A stretch of 56,040 nt of DNA, from positions 1 to 56,040 of the forward strand of contig CANQVB010000002.1 in the NCBI GenBank assembly GCA_947627225.1, in the 5' to 3' direction. The notes beneath the pieces are model-generated. The model searched no databases. It was given only the letters and a program-made list of their open reading frames with translations, and was not told the DNA's origin. The stretch is from an uncultured Bacilli bacterium. Its GTDB lineage: Bacteria; Bacillota_I; Bacilli_A; RF39; UBA660. Positions 38,062 to 45,089 of the stretch are shown here, one piece after another. A program made the translations under genes and the position numbers. Position 1 is the stretch's first letter. Every line of letters begins with the position of its first letter.

Positions 38062-38844
38062 ATGGAAATTTATAATGCGTTAAACGAAGTCAGTGACTAT
38101 ATTGAAGAAAACTTAGAAGGAACCATTTCTTTTGCTAAGATTGCTAAGTTGTTGGGGTGTAATGAAGACTTAGCTTCTCGCTTTTTTGCTTTGTTGACAG
38201 GAACTTCCCTAAAAGAATACATTCGTTCTCGAAGATTGACTTTGGCTGCAAAATACATTTTAGAGGGAAGAAAATGTATGGACGTCGCACTTTTATGTGG
38301 TTATGAACAGGAAGCGTCCTTTGGAAGAGCCTTTAAGAAACAACATGGTATTACCCCTAGTGAATGTAGAGGAAAAAAGCTGAACTTGCATCTCCAACAG
38401 AAATTTCATTTTCAAGTAGACAAGCAGGGACTAAAGACAATTGATGTAAAACTGAAGAAACTTCCAGCACAGGATTTCTACGGGATAAAAAAAGAAGTAG
38501 ATATCAACAAGATTCCGCCTGTCGCCAAACTACTTTGGAAAGAAGTAAAACAAAAAGAATTAAAAGGTGAAAAGAATCTTGTGGGCATTACGATGCATGA
38601 AGTTGGGAAATGTTACTACTGCTGTTGTAGTTCTAAACCAAAGTCTTCTCTTACTAAGATACACTGTCCCAAAGGATTATGGATTAGTCTTTCTACAGCA
38701 AGTAAAGATGGGAGAAAAATCAAAGAAAAAATACAGCAAATTTATAAGGAATCCTATCTAAACCTTGCACCGATAGAACAAGTTCAAATGGAATTAGAGC
38801 TCTATCAAGAGGAGGGGGTAGAATGCCTTGTCTATGTAAGTTGA
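38062..38844 (+). CDS. AraC-family transcriptional regulator with C-terminal effector-binding (GyrI-like) domain
   Basis: HTH region SFAKIAKLLGCNEDLASRFF...GYEQEASFGRAFKKQHGITPSECR. Start moved to ATG 38062. Confidence 0.75.
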   Translation: MEIYNALNEVSDYIEENLEGTISFAKIAKLLGCNEDLASRFFALLTGTSLKEYIRSRRLTLAAKYILEGRKCMDVALLCGYEQEASFGRAFKKQHGITPSECRGKKLNLHLQQKFHFQVDKQGLKTIDVKLKKLPAQDFYGIKKEVDINKIPPVAKLLWKEVKQKELKGEKNLVGITMHEVGKCYYCCCSSKPKSSLTKIHCPKGLWISLSTASKDGRKIKEKIQQIYKESYLNLAPIEQVQMELELYQEEGVECLVYVS

Positions 38845-38876
38845 TAAAATTTGTACGGATTTTATCAACTTTTTTT
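38839..38876 (+). terminator. Strong rho-independent terminator
   Basis: AGTTGATAAAAT-8 nt-ATTTTATCAACT (12 bp perfect) followed by T7. Confidence 0.85.
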
Positions 38877-38893
38877 CATTTTTCTTTGCCATA

Positions 38894-39811
38894 ATGAGTT
38901 TGGTGGTAAAAATGATGACGGAAAAGGAAGAAGAATTTTATAAAAGAACGAGTATCTATACAAATTATGGACCCTATAAAGCGTATTTTAAAAGTTTACC
39001 AGATGATTTAGAAGAACTTACAAAGTTAATCAATGCCCAGTATATTCATAGAGTTGTACTGCAAAAAAGTTACCTGGAACATACGGATATTAGTGGAAAA
39101 TATCCTTGGTACCAATATCGTTTACATGACGATATCCTTTTAACAGCACCCGCAATGACGGCAGAGTTATTTCGACTAGACGAAAGAGGTTTTGTTCATG
39201 GAAGAGAAGATAAACATAGAATCATTGTTACTTGTCGGTATGCTTCAGTCTTACTGGCCTCTATTTTAAAAGCGAAAGGATATATGGCAAGAGTACGATC
39301 TGGTTTTGCGCCTTATGTTACAGGGAAAGAACCGTATCATGATCACTGGATTGTACAGTATTATGAAAAAGAACAAGGAAAGTGGATCAATGTAGATACG
39401 GATGTTTTAGATGGATTTTTTCCAGAATACAAGAATACCAATATTCCTAATGAAGCTTTTATTTTTGCCGCAGATGCTTGGCTAGATGTTCGAAGCGGAA
39501 GAAAAAAGGTAGAGGAGTTTTTACATGGAAATATGCCTGTTGACCTTGCTATGTTAGCCCGTACGGTATTTTTTGATTTTCATGCACTGATGAATGATGA
39601 GATTAGTTATTTGTTTTTTCCAACCTATATCGATCAAGATAAAGAGTTTTATAATCTAACACCAGATGATTTAAAAGAAATTGATGATTTAGCTTTACTA
39701 TTAAAGAATCCAGATGAAAATTTTGATGAAATTCGCTATGACTTTAGAGAAGATAAGAAGTTACGTGCTGTGAATACTCCATTAATGTCAGATAAGGATC
39801 ATTTGGAATAA
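38894..39811 (+). CDS. Transglutaminase-like superfamily protein
   Basis: Cys/His/Asp pattern (TCRYAS ... HDHWIVQYY ... NVDTD). An alternative start at ATG 38912 behind GGTGG is possible. Confidence 0.6.
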   Translation: MSLVVKMMTEKEEEFYKRTSIYTNYGPYKAYFKSLPDDLEELTKLINAQYIHRVVLQKSYLEHTDISGKYPWYQYRLHDDILLTAPAMTAELFRLDERGFVHGREDKHRIIVTCRYASVLLASILKAKGYMARVRSGFAPYVTGKEPYHDHWIVQYYEKEQGKWINVDTDVLDGFFPEYKNTNIPNEAFIFAADAWLDVRSGRKKVEEFLHGNMPVDLAMLARTVFFDFHALMNDEISYLFFPTYIDQDKEFYNLTPDDLKEIDDLALLLKNPDENFDEIRYDFREDKKLRAVNTPLMSDKDHLE

Positions 39812-39867
39812 AGATGGACAGAAACTTTAAAATAGGGTAAGATTCAAGGATGCAAAATTGGTAGTGG

Positions 39868-40998
39868 GTGAAGAAGATGAATGTAGTTGAAATTGCAAAA
39901 CAATTAGTCAATACGAAATTTTATCAGGGAATAAGTAATGAGGCACTTCTAAACGTTTTTAATTCCTATTTTCAGGATGCAACTGAAATCGCTAAAGTGC
40001 AAGATGAAAATGGCTTAACACACCTTGTAGTCGGTATGAACTGTCACTTGCAAGATCTTGATCATGCAATTTTACTTTCAGGACATATGGATACAGTAAA
40101 ACCTGGTGAAAATTGGGATACAGAAGCAAAAGTAGAAGGTGACCTTCTTTATGGATTGGGTTCTAGTGACATGAAATCATTTTTTGCGGCTGTAATTCAT
40201 AACTTTGAAGAAATTAAAAACTTAGAAACACCTGTTGTTCTTTCGATTACCTCTGACGAAGAAACATTGGGAGAAGGAATCAAAGCAGTCACCTCTTTTA
40301 TGGAAGAAAAAAATATACATCCTCAGTATGCTCTTGTTGGGGAACCTACAAAAAATCAAGTTATTACAAGTAACCGTGGAAATTATGTGCATGTTCTTTC
40401 CTTGACCGGAAAAGAATGTCATTCTATGAATCCTTCGAATGGAATCAATGCCCTTTATGCTGCTTCGCATATCATTGGTCATATTGAAAAACTAGAAGAA
40501 GTATATAAAGGACGTGCAACCTTAAACCCTATTTTAGTTGAAGGTGGAAAGATGCCAAATCAAGTCTGTGGAAAATGTTTGATGAAACTAAGTATTAGAA
40601 CTTCTTCTTCTAAAATTCATACAGAAATAGAAGATGCGATTGCGACCAAAGTAGAAGAAATTGCCAAACAATATCAACTTCCTGCTTTTTCCTTTGAAAA
40701 GGTATTTGAACTTTCTGCTTTTGAACAGAAGCCAAGTGATATTAACAACTTCTTGTGTGATTATCTAAATACAAGTGAAGGAGAATATTTAGCAACTACA
40801 GAAGCAGGAGAATTACAAAAGTATGGAATTGAAAACATTACAATTCTTGGACCTGGCAATTTGGATTTAGCCCATAAACAAGGAGAATATTGCGCTTGTT
40901 CACAGTTAAAGTTTTATGATGAAAACTTACCTAAGATGTTACAGGAAATATCTAAAAAGATGGACATACAAAATGAAAAAGGGGGTATGTCAAAATGA
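39868..40998 (+). CDS. M20-family metallopeptidase / deacylase (ArgE/DapE-like)
   Basis: GHMDTV and GSSDMK metal-binding motifs. Start at GTG 39868 or ATG 39877. Confidence 0.7.
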   Translation: MKKMNVVEIAKQLVNTKFYQGISNEALLNVFNSYFQDATEIAKVQDENGLTHLVVGMNCHLQDLDHAILLSGHMDTVKPGENWDTEAKVEGDLLYGLGSSDMKSFFAAVIHNFEEIKNLETPVVLSITSDEETLGEGIKAVTSFMEEKNIHPQYALVGEPTKNQVITSNRGNYVHVLSLTGKECHSMNPSNGINALYAASHIIGHIEKLEEVYKGRATLNPILVEGGKMPNQVCGKCLMKLSIRTSSSKIHTEIEDAIATKVEEIAKQYQLPAFSFEKVFELSAFEQKPSDINNFLCDYLNTSEGEYLATTEAGELQKYGIENITILGPGNLDLAHKQGEYCACSQLKFYDENLPKMLQEISKKMDIQNEKGGMSK

Positions 40999-41300
40999 AA
41001 CAACAAGCAAAGATTTACTTTTTAAAGGAGAAAGGGAATGAAAAAAGATGTTTATATGCGTCCTTTCGGTTTATAAAATATATAGAGGAACTTTCTTTTA
41101 AATGGAAGACGTCTTGGAAAATTTCCATCACAGAAAACAACCCCGTTCAAAAAGATGCAAAAAGCGGTTATCAAACAATTCTCATGGGTTATTATGAAAA
41201 TGAAAACCAAAGCCAAGAATTAAAGTGCCTTTTAGAAGAAGTAGTTGCCTGTGTGCAAAAAGAGTTTCCTGAGATTATAATACAAGTGGAAATCGATTAG
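40995..41300 (+). CDS. Hypothetical protein (101 aa)
   Basis: 4-nt overlap (ATGA) with the upstream gene suggests coupling. No family recognised. Confidence 0.45.
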   Translation: MKQQAKIYFLKEKGNEKRCLYASFRFIKYIEELSFKWKTSWKISITENNPVQKDAKSGYQTILMGYYENENQSQELKCLLEEVVACVQKEFPEIIIQVEID

Positions 41301-41308
41301 GAGAGACT

Positions 41309-41826
41309 ATGTTGGAACTACGAAAAGCGAAGCTAAGTGAGTTAAAAGAACTCAAACAGATTTCACAAGAAGCTGTCGAAAATATGCATGCGAATGGAAT
41401 AGACTTATGGAATGCATACTATCCAGCAGAAGTATTAGAAGAATATATAGAAAAAGAAGAATTATATATTGCAACCTTTAAAGAAGAAATCATCGGTCTT
41501 TTTGCTCTTTCTAAGGAAGAGGAGGGAATAGAATCTTTTGCATGGCAATATGGGAATGAAATGTATTTGCATATCTTTTTAATTCAGGTAAAACATTTAA
41601 AGAAGGGCTATGCCAAAGAGATCTTAAAACTGATAATCCAGTTACTTCAAAAACAAGGATATCTCTCTTTGAGACTTATTGTATTTGATAAAAATATTCC
41701 AGCGTAGCACTCTATGAAAAAATAGGATTTCAAAAAGTAGAAGGCCTCTACAGATTTAAAAATCAGTACAGGAGGGAAGCTCCCAAAACATTTATTGGAA
41801 TGGAATACAAGATTTCAGCGGAATAA
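41309..41826 (+). pseudogene. GNAT N-acetyltransferase disrupted by a frameshift
   Basis: Frame 1 ends at TAG 41705..41707 after ...FDKNIPA. The -1 frame continues SVALYEKIGFQKVEGLYRF...ISAE to TAA 41826, which supplies the missing GNAT C-terminal motif. Confidence 0.7.
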
Positions 41827-41880
41827 AGAGTTACTTTTTTTAAAATTTGAAAAGCTTCTGTGAAAAGTTACTATAGGTAA

Positions 41881-41922
41881 AGACTAGAAATGAAAGAAAA
41901 TAATTTCTAGTCTTTTCTTTTT
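41881..41922 (+). terminator. Rho-independent terminator
   Basis: AGACTAGAAAT-11 nt-ATTTCTAGTCT followed by TTTCTTTTT. Confidence 0.8.
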
Positions 41923-42066
41923 GAAAGCCTAGTATACGGTTCAAATTCGGGAATGGATTATGCTGCTCCAATTTATTTTATAACTAAATTCACGAGACAT
42001 TTCAAAACGGATTGATTGCTTCTTATTCAAGCAAAAGATAAGACTTGAAGAAAGAATAAAAAATAA

Positions 42067-42095
42067 TTGCTTGCTATAATATTGCATGCTATAAT
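42067..42095 (+). promoter_or_regulatory. SigmaA-type promoter candidate for repeat-protein paralogue 4
   Basis: TTGCTT-17 nt-TATAAT. A second TGcTATAAT overlaps at 42072..42080. Confidence 0.6.
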
Positions 42096-42118
42096 AAAGA
42101 ACAACAGGAGGAACGGTT

Positions 42119-44470
42119 ATGAAAGTAGAATTACTGAAATGGATAAGAAAAAATTTAGAGGAAGAAAAAATTAGCAAAATTGATTTTCAAACACTTGTTG
42201 AATATGATGAAAAAGTGTTTGCCTTAATTTTATCTTCTGAGAGGGAAAAGAAACTACCTTTACTGAAATTCTTCGCTTCAAAAGAAGAGGAAAATCCAGT
42301 TTATAAATTGTATCAAGAAAATCCTCTAAAGATAATGAAATTAGGAGAACTCATTCAATATGCAAAAGGAAAAGGCCAAGCAGAATCTGCCTCACAATTA
42401 GCACGGAATAAAGCCATCCTAACAAAAGAAAATGCTCATGAATTTGTTGAACTTATCTCAAATGCAGAAGAAGAGTACCAGGCATTTTATGGTGCAGACG
42501 TTGCCCAATATGAAGCAATTTTAGCACGAGAAGATGGAATCAAGTTTGTAGAAGCAGTTGCGAGGGCAAAGGGAATCAACCAAGCACAAGATGGAGCAAA
42601 AATTTCCAAGAATAAAGCCATTTTAAAAAATGCAGCGGCTCTTAAATGCGTTACATTAGTAACAAGTGCAGAGGAATGGTATCAAGCAGAGTATGGAACC
42701 AAAGTTGCACAATATTATGGTATGCTAGAAAGAAAAGATGGAATCAAATTTGTGGAAACAATTGTAAATGCAAAAGGAAATTATCAAGCAAGATATGGAG
42801 TAGAGGTTGTTAGTGATTTAATTTTAAAAAGCGAAAACACTCTTAGCTATGTTACATTGATAACAAATGCAGAGGAAGACTATCAAGCAGACTATGGTTC
42901 TTATGTTGCTCGTGATGAAGATGTTTTAGCAAGAGAAGGTGGAATCAAGTTTGTAGAAGCTGTTGTAAAAGCAAAAGGGAAAACGCAAGCACAATATGGA
43001 GCAAAAATTGCTCAAACAAAAGCCGTTTTAGCATGGGAGGATGGAGACCAATTTGTAGAAACGATTGCAAATGCAGAGAAAGATTATCAAGCGATATATG
43101 GAGCTGATGTTGCCCAGAACGAAGCCGTTTTAAAAAATGAAAATGCTCTTAAATATCTCAGATTGGTAACAAGTGCAGAAGAGGATTACCAAGCACAATA
43201 TGGAGCAGACGTTGCTCAAAATAGAGAAATTCTAGAAAGAAAAGATGGGGTTCAGTTTGTAGAAGCTGTTGTAAAAGCAAAAGGGAAAACGCAAGCACAA
43301 TATGGAGCAAAAATTGCTCAAACAAAAGCCGTTTTAGCATGGGAGGATGGAGACCAATTTGTAGAAACGATTGCAAATGCAGAGAAAGATTATCAAGCGA
43401 TATATGGAGCTGATGTTGCCCAGAACGAAGCCGTTTTAAAAAATGAAAATGCTCTTAAATATCTCAGATTGGTAACAAGTGCAGAAGAAGATTACCAAGC
43501 ACAATATGGTGCAGTCGTTGCTCAAAATAGAGAAATTCTAGAAAGAAAAGATGGGGTTCAGTTTGTAGAAGCAGTGGTGAACGCAAAAGAAGAATTACAA
43601 GCGAGATACGGTGCAGAGGTTGCTCGTGATGAAGATGTTCTAGCAAGAGAAGATGGGGTCCAGTTTGTAGAAGTAGTGGTAAATGCCGAAGACGAATGCC
43701 AAGCAAGATATGGAGCAACAGTTGCTCATAAAATGGCTAAATTAAAAATAGAAAATGGCCTTGCTATCACAAAGTTAATTACAACAAGCGAAGAAGCAGA
43801 ATATGGAGCAGTCGTTGCTTGCAATGAAGCTGTGTTAGCAAAAGAAGATGCTTTTGATTATATAAAAAGTATTACTCAGGCAAAGACATGGTACCAAGCA
43901 CAATTTGGAGTATCCATTGCTCAAAATAAAGAAATTTTAGCAAGAGAAGATGGAATAAAGTATGTAGAGGCCGTTGTAAACGCTAAAGTATATTATCAAG
44001 CGATGTATGGAACAGCTGTTGCTTGTAATGCAAGTGTTTTAAAAAAAGAAAATGCGCTTAGCTATGTTACTTTGATAACAAATGCAAAGGAAGAATATCA
44101 AGCAGAATATGGAGCAGAAGTGGCTTGCAATGAAGCGGTTTTAGCACAAGAAGATGCCTTTGACTATGTTCAAAGTATCACAAACGCAAAAACGGAAGAA
44201 GCGGCAAAGATTGCAACTACACTCCTAGAACAAGCCGTTTTACTAGACTTTCCAATCTCTAAGACTTTTATTCAAAAAGTCGCAGATGGAACCTATACAG
44301 AAAAAGTAAAGCAATATTTAGATGAGAAAAAAGAAGAAGAAATAAAAAATGCCACTTTTAGTGATGATTGGAATATTCAAAACAAAAAACAATTAGATAT
44401 ACTGATTGCTCAGATGGAACAAGAAAACACAATTTCAAAAACATATCAGAAAAAAGCACCTTCAAAATAA
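42119..44470 (+). CDS. 34-residue-repeat protein, paralogue 4 (18 repeats, 783 aa)
   Basis: Same RBS context (GGAGGAACGGTTATG) and same N-domain (MKVELLKWIRKNLEEEKISKIDF) and C-domain (AAKIATTLLEQAV...FIQKVADGTYTEK) as the 10.4-14.3 kb array. Confidence 0.85.
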   Translation: MKVELLKWIRKNLEEEKISKIDFQTLVEYDEKVFALILSSEREKKLPLLKFFASKEEENPVYKLYQENPLKIMKLGELIQYAKGKGQAESASQLARNKAILTKENAHEFVELISNAEEEYQAFYGADVAQYEAILAREDGIKFVEAVARAKGINQAQDGAKISKNKAILKNAAALKCVTLVTSAEEWYQAEYGTKVAQYYGMLERKDGIKFVETIVNAKGNYQARYGVEVVSDLILKSENTLSYVTLITNAEEDYQADYGSYVARDEDVLAREGGIKFVEAVVKAKGKTQAQYGAKIAQTKAVLAWEDGDQFVETIANAEKDYQAIYGADVAQNEAVLKNENALKYLRLVTSAEEDYQAQYGADVAQNREILERKDGVQFVEAVVKAKGKTQAQYGAKIAQTKAVLAWEDGDQFVETIANAEKDYQAIYGADVAQNEAVLKNENALKYLRLVTSAEEDYQAQYGAVVAQNREILERKDGVQFVEAVVNAKEELQARYGAEVARDEDVLAREDGVQFVEVVVNAEDECQARYGATVAHKMAKLKIENGLAITKLITTSEEAEYGAVVACNEAVLAKEDAFDYIKSITQAKTWYQAQFGVSIAQNKEILAREDGIKYVEAVVNAKVYYQAMYGTAVACNASVLKKENALSYVTLITNAKEEYQAEYGAEVACNEAVLAQEDAFDYVQSITNAKTEEAAKIATTLLEQAVLLDFPISKTFIQKVADGTYTEKVKQYLDEKKEEEIKNATFSDDWNIQNKKQLDILIAQMEQENTISKTYQKKAPSK
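42374..44197 (+). repeat. Coding tandem repeat, 18 units of about 102 bp
   Basis: Units of 34 aa; three units are 32-33 aa. Confidence 0.85.
42951..43572 (+). repeat. Near-identical 306-bp tandem duplication (2 x three 34-aa units)
   Basis: 42961..43266 versus 43267..43572 differ at 3 positions by eye (GAGGAT/GAAGAT; GGAGCAGAC/GGTGCAGTC). Confidence 0.85.
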
Positions 44471-44475
44471 AAGGC

Positions 44476-44504
44476 TTGAAAAAGAAGGAAAAAGAACGTA
44501 TACT
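44476..44504 (+). promoter_or_regulatory. SigmaA-type promoter candidate for the leuS leader
   Basis: TTGAAA-17 nt-TATACT. Confidence 0.55.
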
Positions 44505-44510
44505 AAAATT

Positions 44511-44720
44511 ACATTTGATAAATGTGTGGAAATAGTAGTAACTCTCAATGCTTTGAAAGAGACTCTATGGTTGGTGGAAATAGAGAAAGAACAGGAGTGA
44601 ACTTGATTTCTAAGATACATTTCGGAATAAATCCGTTATCATGAAAAAGATGCATAGACACTATGAAATAAGATGGTACCGCCCAAAGAGTATGGGTTCT
44701 TATGGAAAGGTGTCTTTTTT
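44511..44720 (+). promoter_or_regulatory. T-box riboswitch leader, Leu (CUU) specifier
   Basis: Stem I carries an AGUA element, an AGAGA bulge (44558..44562), a distal stem CTCTAT/ATAGAG with GGUGGAA loop, and GAA-CTT-G in the specifier position (44602..44604). F-box CCGTTA at 44633..44638. T-box core AGATGGTACCGC at 44671..44682. T-run at 44714..44720. Confidence 0.75.
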
Positions 44721-44735
44721 ACTAGGAGGTGTGTG

Positions 44736-45089
44736 ATGAAAGAGCTTATTTTATTTGGAATGACCTTTGTATTTGTCTTTTTGATTTATGAGCTTTTTGT
44801 GGTAAGAAAAGAAAAAAAAGGAAAGTCCAAAAAGAAACCTGTTGAAGTTCGTTATTTAGAAACAAGGTACAAAATCAATTTAAAAGGAAAAGAGTACAAA
44901 CGATTACTGAATCTTGTAAGTGTTGTGAGTGCGTTCGACATTGCCCTTGTTGTAACCATTATCATGGTTGCCAAAAGTTTTATCTTAGAGCTTGTTTTAG
45001 GTGCCTTCTTAACGCTTCCTATTATTCTTGTAAGCTACCATTTAGTTGGAAAAATTTATCAAAAGAAAGGAAAGAAGAAACATGTATGA
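44736..45089 (+). CDS. Small Lys-rich membrane protein (117 aa) between the T-box and leuS
   Basis: AGGAGGTG RBS. Three hydrophobic segments. Its stop overlaps the leuS start (ATGTATGA). Confidence 0.55.
   Translation: MKELILFGMTFVFVFLIYELFVVRKEKKGKSKKKPVEVRYLETRYKINLKGKEYKRLLNLVSVVSAFDIALVVTIIMVAKSFILELVLGAFLTLPIILVSYHLVGKIYQKKGKKKHV

Noticed and set aside
45046-45081. TTG-initiated 12-aa N-terminal extension of leuS
   Set aside because: Canonical LeuRS begins at [15 protein letters not shown] 45082 overlaps the stop of the upstream ORF in a typical coupling arrangement.
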